Notes under the pieces: model-generated | Told to the model about the DNA's origin: nothing | The model's database searches: none | The model's input: only the letters and a program-made list of their open reading frames with translations | Source of the DNA: a virus | Lineage: Duplodnaviria > Caudoviricetes | DNA: 64,000 nt | Strand: one strand, 5' to 3' | IMG/VR virus record: IMGVR_UViG_3300011008_000028 | Translations under genes and position numbers: made by a program | Shown: piece after piece, positions 29,067 to 39,371 of the stretch | How the letters are laid out: every line of letters begins with the position of its first letter | How positions within the stretch are numbered: the first letter of the stretch is position 1

Positions 29067-30989
29067 TCATTTAGATTTAAATAGATTCGTATCACTACGG
29101 ACACTAGCAGTATCTTTTCTGAACTTAAGACGGATGGATTCAATATCCTTCCCGCTGCTGTATACATGGTTATTACCCTTGGCCATTGTTGGTTCCTTTT
29201 CAATAAGCTCGATGTATGGAGCTCCTACTAATGGCCTTGCACTTCCAGGTAGGAAATGATCATATGATTGATCCCATGTAACACCACCGGTGATTCCTGC
29301 GGCCTGATTGAATTCCATTAATGCAATAGGACTTAGGTCTTGTTTGAATGAATATGCAAAGGATATATCAAGCTTAGGGGTACCTTGATCACCGCCCATA
29401 TCAAAGCCTAAAGCAGAAGCACCTGTTGTTAGAGGGAATATACCATAGTATTTCGTCCAATACAGAACATCTTCTCCATCAGGTCCTACTTTAAATACAT
29501 ATGCAGAAGCAGCATAGTCTAGAGCTTTATCATGTACATGACAGTGTTTTCCGGGTATTGTCAGAGGATATGTTTCTCCTTCCTTCGGTCCATAGAATGG
29601 AACCATTGCTCCCCTAGATACATTGTCGATATAAGTTATCCATAATTTGATTAGATTGATTATGGAATAATCATTAGTTTCATTGAAAGTGCAAGAAAAT
29701 TCTCCAGCGAATCTTCCGGTATATCCATCTCCATATACCATCTTATGATCGTTCCATGACTTTCCAACCTCGAGTTTGTTAAGCCCTTCAGAAGTAAGCT
29801 GGAATGATGTACACTGGTTGGATAGTAACATATTGAAGTTATTTCCATCTTCCATCTTCTCTCCATCACACAGTAATCTTATCAGATCAGGATGACGACG
29901 GTATATCATTTGCACCTCGCTCTGTTTACTAACCTGATCAGCAACATGACTTGCATCGTCCATCAGATATAAATCTGGTCTGGTGAAGAAGACATGTGTG
30001 AATGTTCTGTTATGAGCTAATCCAAGGTCAGGCGTCTTGAAACGGTTATACATATAATATTTCACGTTTCTTTCCAGATCAGGATTACCATGAACCTGAA
30101 TGCCGTATTGCATATGAACTTTAGTTAGCAACTCTTCTAGACTTTTAGCAGGACCGGATTTAAGTCTAGGATCATTAGGGATGAAACGGTAATCATACTT
30201 GGCAGCATTACTGCCAGATGGGCCCTGTAATAGTACAGGATAGTTATTACCGTTTTGGATCAGGGTCTTATCCCCGTTGAGCATTTCTTTCTTTCGACCA
30301 CTTTCTTGCCATGAAGTTTTATGCTTTGCCTGATACACAGGATACCTTTTCATGTTATGCGGCGTCGTAGCATACTTACTGGGCTTCACAGATACCTGCT
30401 GATATGTAGGAGTAGAACGATCTGCATCACCTGAAAACATTGAAGAGGATATCTTGGCAGTTTTAGGCCAACTTACTTTTGTTTCTTTACTGGATTTGCC
30501 AGCAGTACTCTTTCCACCTTTAGCCCAGTTAGAACTTTTCTTGGATGGAGCATATGCTCCTCCCCCTTTACCACCAGCAGTGGTACCGTTCTTCTGAGCT
30601 TCTTTCATTGCAGCCGCAGCTAGTTCAAGCATCTTTGTTGCAGCCGACTTCATCTTTTCTTCACCGCTCTTAGTTGGAGCAGGTGGCTGAGGTTCCTCAG
30701 GAGGAACTTCTACTTTTGTCTCATCTGTTTTATGGACATTCGATGCAATGTCCTGAGGCTGTACTTGCCATACAACAACCCCCGAGTTTGAACACACAAC
30801 CTTGGTCACCTTCTGAGGAAGACCAAACTTTCCCCCGGTTGACCATTCTTCTACTATATTAGTTACGGTGGCCCATAATGGACCTCCTTCACCATACATA
30901 CTTCCAGCTTTAGCAGTAACACCATTTGTGACATCCATTCCGCTTGCACGGATTTGGACTCTATCGCCTACTTTAACGCTGTCAGCCAT
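29067..30989 (-). CDS. Baseplate/tail-tube-like protein with N-terminal SH3-like domain
   Basis: Start MADSVKVGDRVQI (AGGAGG RBS); K/G/S-rich linker; C-terminal FFTRPDL...LLSNQ...YYGIFP tube-like region. Confidence 0.5.
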   Translation of the reverse strand: MADSVKVGDRVQIRASGMDVTNGVTAKAGSMYGEGGPLWATVTNIVEEWSTGGKFGLPQKVTKVVCSNSGVVVWQVQPQDIASNVHKTDETKVEVPPEEPQPPAPTKSGEEKMKSAATKMLELAAAAMKEAQKNGTTAGGKGGGAYAPSKKSSNWAKGGKSTAGKSSKETKVSWPKTAKISSSMFSGDADRSTPTYQQVSVKPSKYATTPHNMKRYPVYQAKHKTSWQESGRKKEMLNGDKTLIQNGNNYPVLLQGPSGSNAAKYDYRFIPNDPRLKSGPAKSLEELLTKVHMQYGIQVHGNPDLERNVKYYMYNRFKTPDLGLAHNRTFTHVFFTRPDLYLMDDASHVADQVSKQSEVQMIYRRHPDLIRLLCDGEKMEDGNNFNMLLSNQCTSFQLTSEGLNKLEVGKSWNDHKMVYGDGYTGRFAGEFSCTFNETNDYSIINLIKLWITYIDNVSRGAMVPFYGPKEGETYPLTIPGKHCHVHDKALDYAASAYVFKVGPDGEDVLYWTKYYGIFPLTTGASALGFDMGGDQGTPKLDISFAYSFKQDLSPIALMEFNQAAGITGGVTWDQSYDHFLPGSARPLVGAPYIELIEKEPTMAKGNNHVYSSGKDIESIRLKFRKDTASVRSDTNLFKSK

Positions 30990-31050
30990 GGGAAACCACC
31001 TCCTAATAATATTTAACATTAATGAAGAGTAAAGGAGGTTGGGCTGAATT

Positions 31051-33789
31051 ATGAGTGAATTAAGAAATAAACGCGTCCAAGTAATCCGTACATATATCGA
31101 TCCTACTGCACCGTCCATACCGGTGTATGATTACGATGAAATATATCCGGTTACTACATATGACGCAGTCCGGAAAACAACGGACGAATATTCAACCACA
31201 CTTACAGCCGAGCTTGAAGCAATATACAGACTGATTTCAGAGAAACAGGAAAAGGTCTTTGGCGGAACAAATGGTACACTCATGACATGGACAACTTCTG
31301 CCGGTGTCATTGGTGAGACCGAAATTGTTCGTACCATTGCATCAGAGCCATCTGATCGTTCGTACAAAAAAGTTGTTTCGGAGCGAGCAGCGGGTGCAGC
31401 ACTTGATCTCAAGGTTGGGTATACTGATTTCAATTCTCATGTTCGAGATGGTGATATTCATATCACTGCTGCAGAACGTAGCAGATGGAATGAAATGACA
31501 CCTATCTCTGCGTTCAGAGAACACAGTGGAGATTCTGATATTCATATTACAGCAGAAGAACGGACAGAATGGAATGCGAAAGCATCCCAGTCCGATTTTG
31601 ATTCTCATCTTGCGAATAAGAATAACCCACACTCTGTAACAGCTCATCAGATCGGTGCATATACCCGTTCTGAAATTGATGAACTCTTTGCCAATATCAG
31701 AGAGACATTCTTCAACTACAGAAACATCCAGTATGATGACAGACGGAATATTGCAACATTGGAAGAATATGATCCTGAAGCATGGAATCCGAACTACGTC
31801 CTAGCATATGGAGATGCTCTACCTGAGCCTTCTAATACAGCGTTGACGTATTTCGCCCTTCGTCCATTGACGGACTACTCTCTGAATGAGACTCAGGACT
31901 GTACCATCTGGATGAAGAAGCCGGGTCTTGCATGGCAGAACGTTGGTCTTGTTTCAATGGAAGCTGGAGACATGGTTATCCGTTATCCAGATACGACAAT
32001 GTGTGTATGGCTTCAGGGTAGATTCGTTAGTATCTATACAGGATCATCTGCAGTTGCATCAGGCTCTACTGGAAGTTCCGGACTTATATGGAAACCAGTA
32101 GTACGGGAGATAGATGGTGTTCGTTATCTGTCGTTCGTACTTAGTGCAGAGACAGAGGCTCCAGATCTGATCGATATCTCTGGTACTCCTGGTTATACAC
32201 CTATCAAAGGTGTGGATTATTTCGATGGAGCATCTGGACTAGGAGTTCCTTCTGGTGGTGCTGTAAATGATATCATGATCAAATCCACCAGCAAAGATTA
32301 TGATGTGGAATGGATATCGTTTGAGAATTTCATCACACAGTATGTCGCCAATGGTGGTACACTCCCGGCAGCGAATGCAAGATGGGATTCCATAACCGGA
32401 AGACCGATGGTTTACCAAGCCACGGGTCATGATAACACTGCGCTGATGTCTCAGGATGCTATTACCAATGAAATTGAATCGATAACAGCTAGAATCAATC
32501 AGATCATTAGTACTATCAATTCATCATCTGGTATTGCCGGTCTTACAGAAATCATCAACAACCATATTCTGAATCATAACAATCCACATGACATTACAGC
32601 TGTTGCAATAGGAGCAGTGTCCACTGATGAATTCATGAATCATAGCTTGAATAAGAATAACCCGCATAATGTTACAGCGGCACAGATCGGTTTAGGGAAC
32701 GTTGATAATACTCGTGATATCGATAAGCCTATATCGACACAGGTACAGGATGCCCTGACTAACATCAGGTCGGATATATCCAACATCAATGATGCTCTCA
32801 ATGGTGATCAGGTACTATCGAATGTACGGTGGAATTCTTCGAACTGTACACTGACGTTTATGTTCAGGGATGAAAGCGAAATGGATGTTGAGATTCCGTT
32901 GATCGATATATTCAGGACATTTGAGTATGATGAAGTCAATAGTGAACTTCTGGTAGTTCTTCCGGATGGTTCTGAACATAGAATCAGTATCAGATCCTTA
33001 ATCACCAACTACAGAGGATCTGATTCTTCGAATATCAGACTCACTGTATCCAAAGGTATTATCCATGCAGAGATTCTGCCTAACTCAGTTGATGGATCGA
33101 TGATCCAGGAGTCGGTTGAACTCAGAGGAGCCCCGACTGCACCAACACAGTCTATTTATGATAAGAGCAACAAGCTTGCTACTACAAAGTGGGTGAAGGA
33201 TGCAACTGTAGACAATCTTGAATCTACGGAACAACAGCTTCCACTGAGCGCGAATATGGGCAGGATTCTGAATACTACCAAAGCATCCAGAGCAGATGTC
33301 CTACAGATGATTGCCGATTCTCCGATGCTGAATGTAATTGACAATCTTGGTGCAGAAGATTCTTATGCAGCTCTCAGTGCGAACATGGGCTTCGTATTGA
33401 ATGCGACGAAAGCGCCGTGGGTACATACGTCACCTTCTGGATCTACTTATGGCCGAGCAACAGTGAATCTGTTTGGTCATGCCAGAGCGTCTGACGTTGA
33501 TCCACTGATGGATGGAAACGTATTCATCGGTACGGACAACGGTTACTATGCAAGAGCAGACCACAGACACCCGTCTGATATCAATAAGGCTCCTGTACAT
33601 TGGCCCGATCCTGAAACAGGAATTGCATCGTTTACAGGTGAACCTAAGTCTACACTCCCGCCAGATGGAGACGAATCGGATAGAATTGCGACTACACTAT
33701 GGGTAGCACGGAATCCTTGCGTTACACCGTTAACATCAGACGAGATCAGGACGGTTGTATACACAGCCTGGGACGTTGCTAATAGATAA
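31051..33789 (+). CDS. Tail fibre protein
   Basis: Repeats HxxDxDIHITAxER (x2), HxxNxNNPHxVTAxxIG (x3), GLGNVDNT, DNL...LSANMG (x2), ARADHRHP. Confidence 0.75.
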   Translation: MSELRNKRVQVIRTYIDPTAPSIPVYDYDEIYPVTTYDAVRKTTDEYSTTLTAELEAIYRLISEKQEKVFGGTNGTLMTWTTSAGVIGETEIVRTIASEPSDRSYKKVVSERAAGAALDLKVGYTDFNSHVRDGDIHITAAERSRWNEMTPISAFREHSGDSDIHITAEERTEWNAKASQSDFDSHLANKNNPHSVTAHQIGAYTRSEIDELFANIRETFFNYRNIQYDDRRNIATLEEYDPEAWNPNYVLAYGDALPEPSNTALTYFALRPLTDYSLNETQDCTIWMKKPGLAWQNVGLVSMEAGDMVIRYPDTTMCVWLQGRFVSIYTGSSAVASGSTGSSGLIWKPVVREIDGVRYLSFVLSAETEAPDLIDISGTPGYTPIKGVDYFDGASGLGVPSGGAVNDIMIKSTSKDYDVEWISFENFITQYVANGGTLPAANARWDSITGRPMVYQATGHDNTALMSQDAITNEIESITARINQIISTINSSSGIAGLTEIINNHILNHNNPHDITAVAIGAVSTDEFMNHSLNKNNPHNVTAAQIGLGNVDNTRDIDKPISTQVQDALTNIRSDISNINDALNGDQVLSNVRWNSSNCTLTFMFRDESEMDVEIPLIDIFRTFEYDEVNSELLVVLPDGSEHRISIRSLITNYRGSDSSNIRLTVSKGIIHAEILPNSVDGSMIQESVELRGAPTAPTQSIYDKSNKLATTKWVKDATVDNLESTEQQLPLSANMGRILNTTKASRADVLQMIADSPMLNVIDNLGAEDSYAALSANMGFVLNATKAPWVHTSPSGSTYGRATVNLFGHARASDVDPLMDGNVFIGTDNGYYARADHRHPSDINKAPVHWPDPETGIASFTGEPKSTLPPDGDESDRIATTLWVARNPCVTPLTSDEIRTVVYTAWDVANR

Positions 33790-33804
33790 GGAGGGAAATG
33801 AAGT

Positions 33805-34317
33805 ATGAAGATGGAACTGGTTAGTTCATATGCAAAGATGATCAATGATGGTCTTTGTGTAATATCAGATCTACCGGAAATGTATAGGCAACCCGTCCAG
33901 GATTATATCGATAACCCTCCGGAGACTACAGTCAACAATGAAATCCATACTCCAGTTACAGCTCAAGAAGAAATCAATGGAGCTCTGTTTCTGGGAAATG
34001 GGGAATATAAAGTTCCCGTATCCGATACTACATATTGTGAAATCAAAATGGATGAGGTATTCCAAGAATATTCATCTCAAGGATACCCAATTCCGATCAA
34101 CCCAATATTCGGCATTACGATGGTCGAGAATACATTTGGCAAGTTCACAAGAACTCCGGTAGTCAATATAGCAAATAACCAATCAGGATGTGTATTGGCG
34201 GTAAAAGGAGAAATAACAAATGTGGTATCAGGGGATAAAGTTCTCAGGGTCGATCTCGGTATATCATCGGGTAACTATGAAGCGATGAGGTACACGGTAT
34301 ATATCAAAGCAAAATAA
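33805..34317 (+). CDS. Tail-fibre-associated protein
   Basis: Follows the fibre gene; N-terminal YAKMINDG..ISDLPEMYR..V small-domain pattern. Confidence 0.5.
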   Translation: MKMELVSSYAKMINDGLCVISDLPEMYRQPVQDYIDNPPETTVNNEIHTPVTAQEEINGALFLGNGEYKVPVSDTTYCEIKMDEVFQEYSSQGYPIPINPIFGITMVENTFGKFTRTPVVNIANNQSGCVLAVKGEITNVVSGDKVLRVDLGISSGNYEAMRYTVYIKAK

Positions 34318-34324
34318 TATTGTA

Positions 34325-34355
34325 AACACAACGCCCTCAATGAGGGCGTTGTGTT
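34325..34355. terminator. Palindrome after the fibre operon
   Basis: aacacaacgccctca-a-tgagggcgttgtgtt. Confidence 0.65.
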
Positions 34356-34423
34356 ATCTACCAAAAATAAAGTATACCATATAAAGCCGGGCGCCAGGGA
34401 TGGACGGGGCAGGATGTGGAATA

Positions 34424-34546
34424 GGGGCGCTATTCGGTGGTCACTCGGATCACGGTGCTAATGATGGTGCGTTCCGTTGCGACCTGGATAGTACTGTGTC
34501 TCATTCCTACTGGCATATTGGCGCCCGCCTCTCCCTGAAACCGACC
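34424..34546 (+). repeat. DGR VR/TR-like repeat, copy 2 (orphan, intergenic)
   Basis: Translates GALFGGHSDHGANDGAFRCDLDSTVSHSYWHIGARLSLKPT; 17 substitutions and no indels versus 9563..9685. Confidence 0.85.
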
Positions 34547-34605
34547 GCGGAAGGGAGAATGGGTGTCATGTTTATGGAGAGGACAAACGTAGAAGTGTAT
34601 CAAAG

Positions 34606-36462
34606 TTATACATATGCTTCGATCTCATCCTGGTGACTGGAATTGATATCGGCATCCATGAATATGCACTGATTACCAGATATCAGGATTTTGATCAGCT
34701 CTGTTGCTGCAGTAAGTACCATGGTATCTGTCTGGGAAGATGTTATTATTTTAGGATTATAATCACCTATTTCCAGATCAAATACTTCCTGTCTTTTTAC
34801 AGAGTCGTTCAGAATTTGATTTGTTTTCTGGTTGGCCATCTGTTTGAGTTCCGGTATACCGCCTTCATTGATTTTATTCCATAGTGGAATGGTCTTAAGT
34901 ATACCGGTATTATCCGGACCCCGGAGTACTCTGGCGTATGTGTCAAGAACTGCGCCGTATATCATATCGATGATCACATACTCAAGCTTACTGTCATCAT
35001 CTTTCAGATTTTCAAATTCCCCAAGGTCATCAATATACTCATTACATGCCTGGGCAATGGCCAGCTGGCATCCAGGTACAACACCGTACTTTACAGCCGA
35101 CTTAAGACATTTAATTACGTCATCTACGGCGGCTTCCAGTATCTGTTTCTGGAGATCCGAATCGGCACCGATGTAATACAGATAGTTCTTCATTTCTAAC
35201 TGCATTACACGGGTTCTGGCATCGTATACCTTTGCAGCCATGTTCTGTCTTTCAACATAGGTATGATCTTCGGCATCTTTGAGTTCTGCCAATGCACGCT
35301 GATATGCATTTTTATACAGATCATCTTCAAAGATATCCTTATTGGGATTGAAGATGGAACCGTTCTTCACCGATATGAGGACGGAATCACATTGGCCTAT
35401 TGCTCTCCAGAATTCATTGGTCGGGTCATCAATGGTCTCAACAAACATTTCTGGACCGACTTCTTCGATCTTCGCAATAATTGACTTCGAAAGTTCCGGT
35501 GTGATTACGCGGGTCTTCAGTATCGTTGCCAGATCATCAAGCTGGGAAGGAAGAAGCTTGGAAAGTCTGAACTGTGTGAGGACAAGATTCAGTCTACGGT
35601 ACTTCTGTGTCTCCAGGTTTATATACTGCTTCAGTACAGACTCCATGAAATATTCATCATATGCCGGGGCAAGTATTATCAGCTTTTTGCCCATATCGCG
35701 GAATATTTCATTCATTGGTCTGATGAAAGCGTTGAACTCATCTGTTGTGATTGAGTGGTTGCTGACAATGACCTTTACATCTGTCTCTGTAGAAGAGAGA
35801 TCCTGGTCACGGACATAAACCACATCAATTGCGTTTGCCGGGAATTCGAAGCCATTGATCTGCTCCAGATACGACTTATTTGTCAAGGAGTCTTTGATCT
35901 TGATTGCCGGACTCTTCGCTTCCTGATATGCCTTCGCTATCGAGTCTGATACTTCTTTGTTACCGTTGGATACCACATACGCAATACTATAGATAGTATC
36001 ATAATCTGAGGGATCGATCTGCTGTGCCTTTGCTTCAATTCTGGACTTAATGTTTGCTACTACCTTGTCCAAAGTTGCCGTGAGCTGTCTCGGAAGTCTA
36101 TACAGCATCGCAATATTTTCTTTATACTTCTCATACCTGCTAAACAGGTTGTGAGTAAGTGTGATCGCCGTGGTTGTACCGTCACCAACGGTATTGTTCA
36201 TCTTGGTACAAGGCTGCTTTATGAGGTTATATATCATTCTCTTGTAACGATTATGGAATATATATTTTGAGAGTATGGAATAGCCATCTTTAGTGGCTTC
36301 AATATTCATACCATCAAGAATGGTTGCAGAAGAACCAAGAGGACCAAGTGACTTAGACAGGTTGGTCGCAATGACGTTGAATACCTCCTGAGTTAACTTC
36401 TCGAAATCTTCCTGAGGTATAATATTAATATGATTTTCATTTGAGTACTTGAGTGCATTCAT
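34606..36462 (-). CDS. groEL: GroEL-like phage chaperonin
   Basis: SLGPLG, TKDGYSIL, VGDGTTTA, GVVPG motifs; 618 aa. Confidence 0.9.
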   Translation of the reverse strand: MNALKYSNENHINIIPQEDFEKLTQEVFNVIATNLSKSLGPLGSSATILDGMNIEATKDGYSILSKYIFHNRYKRMIYNLIKQPCTKMNNTVGDGTTTAITLTHNLFSRYEKYKENIAMLYRLPRQLTATLDKVVANIKSRIEAKAQQIDPSDYDTIYSIAYVVSNGNKEVSDSIAKAYQEAKSPAIKIKDSLTNKSYLEQINGFEFPANAIDVVYVRDQDLSSTETDVKVIVSNHSITTDEFNAFIRPMNEIFRDMGKKLIILAPAYDEYFMESVLKQYINLETQKYRRLNLVLTQFRLSKLLPSQLDDLATILKTRVITPELSKSIIAKIEEVGPEMFVETIDDPTNEFWRAIGQCDSVLISVKNGSIFNPNKDIFEDDLYKNAYQRALAELKDAEDHTYVERQNMAAKVYDARTRVMQLEMKNYLYYIGADSDLQKQILEAAVDDVIKCLKSAVKYGVVPGCQLAIAQACNEYIDDLGEFENLKDDDSKLEYVIIDMIYGAVLDTYARVLRGPDNTGILKTIPLWNKINEGGIPELKQMANQKTNQILNDSVKRQEVFDLEIGDYNPKIITSSQTDTMVLTAATELIKILISGNQCIFMDADINSSHQDEIEAYV

Positions 36463-36563
36463 AAAGTTACTCTCCTTTCAATTGAGCAATTATAATACAA
36501 TGTAACGTTTAAGTATTATATTACCAGATAACCGTCAATCATAAACAACCGAGGAGGTGTAGT

Positions 36564-37229
36564 ATGAGTAAGAAACAGGTTGAATTAGAAAACAAAGAAT
36601 ACGAATCAACATACCGAGATGTCCCACGGGACACAATGGGACGGATTCAATACATATTAGGACGGCATGTAAATAATGAACGGATGAATGATGACATTCA
36701 AAAGTCGGCAGTGTCCATCAAACGTATTAAACGTCATAAAGTATCATTCGTGATGTATAAGGTATTAAAACCATCTGCCCGCCCCAGAGCAAATACTTCC
36801 ATGGGATACGTGAAGATGTATGTACCCCATGCAGCAGAGAACGGGGAATGGTTTGAGGATTTCATGCGGAAGAATGATCTCCCTCATATAGCAACCCCAT
36901 GTCGTATAGACATCATTGTATATGAAAAATGTCCTTCGAACTTCAGTATCAAAAATAAGATACTAAGCGAACTTGGGTTATTGAAGCCATGGTTCCGCAC
37001 AGGGGATGTGGATAATTATGCAAAATCCGTATTGGATATGATCCAACATGGAATGTTGGAAGACGACTGTCTGTGTGTTGACTCGGAGCAACATTTACGG
37101 TATTCCATATTACCACGGGTAGAAGTTCAGATCGAATACATGGATAGATACCCATTCGAATTAATGCCTAAGGAACTCCGGGCTCAGAATGTAAAGAAGG
37201 TAACTAAAAAGAAGAAACGAAAGAAGTGA
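36564..37229 (+). CDS. rusA: RusA-like Holliday junction resolvase
   Basis: KPSARPR, GDVDNYAKSVLDMI, EDDCLCV, PRVEVQI. Confidence 0.85.
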   Translation: MSKKQVELENKEYESTYRDVPRDTMGRIQYILGRHVNNERMNDDIQKSAVSIKRIKRHKVSFVMYKVLKPSARPRANTSMGYVKMYVPHAAENGEWFEDFMRKNDLPHIATPCRIDIIVYEKCPSNFSIKNKILSELGLLKPWFRTGDVDNYAKSVLDMIQHGMLEDDCLCVDSEQHLRYSILPRVEVQIEYMDRYPFELMPKELRAQNVKKVTKKKKRKK

Positions 37230-37235
37230 TCAGAT

Positions 37236-37865
37236 ATGATGGGTAAGGACATCGAAAGGATGTTATCGGAAGTAGATGCCGTTAAGAAGGTAACGCTTGA
37301 TTGCATTAATGACTTTGCTGGGAGAACGGCATATCAGTTAACACATTATGGTCCACATGATGTCGTGCTGATACCATGGAGCCCACCCTGTTACCCAATC
37401 GAACTGGAATATCCAGTAGGACCAATAATGCCTCCGATTGATGCAGCCATGGTACCACTATTGATTGACATGGGTAAGATGGATACCTTGAAAGGACTGG
37501 TGTATGCTGGGGCAGGTTCGTTAAATAACTCTATTTCTTCTCCATGGACGGAATTGGAAGATCTGAAGAAGGCATGGACCAATGCGGACATATATCATGG
37601 ATCGTATGTCCCATTCAACTATCTAGGAGAGAAGACAGGCATGCTTGCACATCTGAATGCAGTATATACAGCATGCGTCGACTGTAAGGCTCCGCTGATG
37701 GTATATTACCATACTATTCAACAGGGATGGGATCATAACATGAACGGCAATAGTCCTTCCATCTCATGGAACGATGATCTGAATGGTCGGAAAACAATCG
37801 GCCTCGGGTCTCAGTCTTATAGTGGAGCAGTAGCTGTCCCTGGCAAATCAAATGATCCATACTAA
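37236..37865 (+). CDS. Hypothetical protein
   Basis: 209-aa ORF in operon with rusA. Confidence 0.6.
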   Translation: MMGKDIERMLSEVDAVKKVTLDCINDFAGRTAYQLTHYGPHDVVLIPWSPPCYPIELEYPVGPIMPPIDAAMVPLLIDMGKMDTLKGLVYAGAGSLNNSISSPWTELEDLKKAWTNADIYHGSYVPFNYLGEKTGMLAHLNAVYTACVDCKAPLMVYYHTIQQGWDHNMNGNSPSISWNDDLNGRKTIGLGSQSYSGAVAVPGKSNDPY

Positions 37866-37874
37866 GGAGGAACT

Positions 37875-38108
37875 ATGGAAGAATTCATAATCGCTAACTG
37901 GTTGCCATTGTTAATAATCATTGTATCGGCATTCAACGATGTGAGATACAGCGTGTTCTTCGCACTGGGTTGTATGATATTTGGCACAGATAATCTGGTA
38001 TGGTTATGGGTTAATCTGATCATAGTTGGATTATCAACGGGGACGAATACATACCAACATATCCGCAAAAAAGAAAAGCCAAAGGATACAAGTAACTGGG
38101 AAATGTAA
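37875..38108 (+). CDS. Small membrane protein
   Basis: AAGGAGG RBS; hydrophobic segments plus basic tail. Confidence 0.55.
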   Translation: MEEFIIANWLPLLIIIVSAFNDVRYSVFFALGCMIFGTDNLVWLWVNLIIVGLSTGTNTYQHIRKKEKPKDTSNWEM

Positions 38109-38114
38109 ATATGA

Positions 38115-38141
38115 TCATCACCACCCAATGGGTGGTGATGA
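38115..38141. terminator. Palindrome between convergent genes
   Basis: tcatcaccaccca-a-tgggtggtgatga. Confidence 0.7.
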
Positions 38142-38149
38142 CATTGCTA

Positions 38150-39319
38150 TTATATTTCCAATGGAGAGTTGATGTACTTTTCTATGACTTCAGATGTTAG
38201 ATTCTGAACTTCTTCGGGAATAGTTCCTTCATCATTCCACCTACGTGTATTCAGGAAGGAATGGATCTTATCAGGGATAGACATATTGTTATCCAAAACG
38301 AAACTGAATTCATCGGACACCGAGTTATCCTCTTCGATAACGGTATGTTCAACTTCTTTGACCAGAGGTGTGATAAGATTGTCAGAAGTTGTAACAGTCT
38401 TGAGGGCTTCAAAGAATGCTTGATCGGTTCCTTCCGGGGCATGGAATACAACACGGATCTTACCAACTGTATCACCGCTGAAGATTCCCTCGTTCTGTTC
38501 TTTGATCTCGTTGATCGTTTTCATGAGTTTATCAGGGGACGAGAACACGTCTGAAGTTTCATCAAATTCATATGTCTTATATATGTAGGCATTTTCATTT
38601 GGAATGAACTTCCATTCCCCATCTTCTATTACGGCATATCCTTTGGCTTCTTCCTCACCAAATGATTTCCTAAACAGGGATCCGACATAATGCACGTTCC
38701 CGTCCAAATCGACATGCCTATGGTAGTGTCCCCAGACATTTAATTTACCTGCCTCCGCAAGTTCTCCTGCTTTGAATCGTGGAACCTGCTTCTCCATCTT
38801 GTCTGATGCAGATTTTACTTTTGCTCCGATCCCCATTCCTTCTTCAATTATACCATGGCCGAATATGTAATCATACTTCTTTCCAGAGTACAGAGTATTC
38901 TTGTAGAACTCATACTTGTCATCGATATACTCCTCAGGTATGTATAGTACATTCACACCTGGGAATAACTCTTCTTCTGCTACTGTTGTAAACAGCTTGA
39001 CATCTACATGAGATGATGTGAAATGATAATTGAATAGCCGATACTGATTCATCTCATGTGATTCTGTTCCATATATAATACGTATTTTGGTCTTCTGTCG
39101 TTTACATGCCCTGATTAGAGCAGACATTACATTGATAGCCAACGACACATATTCTTCATTTACTTTGAATAATCTATCAAAGTAATCTCCCAGTAATATC
39201 ACAGCATCGGTATGAGTCATAATAATTTCATCACTGATGATCTTATTCATATTCCGATAATAATAATCTGTATCTTTGATACTTCCTATATGTAAATCTG
39301 CAAGTAATAATAATCTCAT
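38150..39319 (-). CDS. sbcD: SbcD/Mre11-like metallophosphoesterase nuclease
   Basis: ADLHIG, LLGDYFD, GTESHE, FGHG, WGHYH, YVGS...FGE. Confidence 0.88.
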   Translation of the reverse strand: MRLLLLADLHIGSIKDTDYYYRNMNKIISDEIIMTHTDAVILLGDYFDRLFKVNEEYVSLAINVMSALIRACKRQKTKIRIIYGTESHEMNQYRLFNYHFTSSHVDVKLFTTVAEEELFPGVNVLYIPEEYIDDKYEFYKNTLYSGKKYDYIFGHGIIEEGMGIGAKVKSASDKMEKQVPRFKAGELAEAGKLNVWGHYHRHVDLDGNVHYVGSLFRKSFGEEEAKGYAVIEDGEWKFIPNENAYIYKTYEFDETSDVFSSPDKLMKTINEIKEQNEGIFSGDTVGKIRVVFHAPEGTDQAFFEALKTVTTSDNLITPLVKEVEHTVIEEDNSVSDEFSFVLDNNMSIPDKIHSFLNTRRWNDEGTIPEEVQNLTSEVIEKYINSPLEI

Positions 39320-39362
39320 TGCCTTCTACCTCCAAGGTAAAATTTCATCTTTACAAACGATA

Positions 39363-39371
39363 ATATATTAT
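39363..39371 (+). promoter_or_regulatory. ATATATTAT candidate early promoter
   Basis: Recurrent 9-mer upstream of 39418. Confidence 0.5.

Noticed and set aside
31051-33789. Tail fibre as the DGR target
   Set aside because: Its C-terminus has no GG...IGARL variable region.
34400-34636. 78-aa ORF as a real DGR target gene
   Set aside because: Too short for a lectin-fold domain, weak RBS, overlaps groEL, and homologous copy 1 has no start codon.
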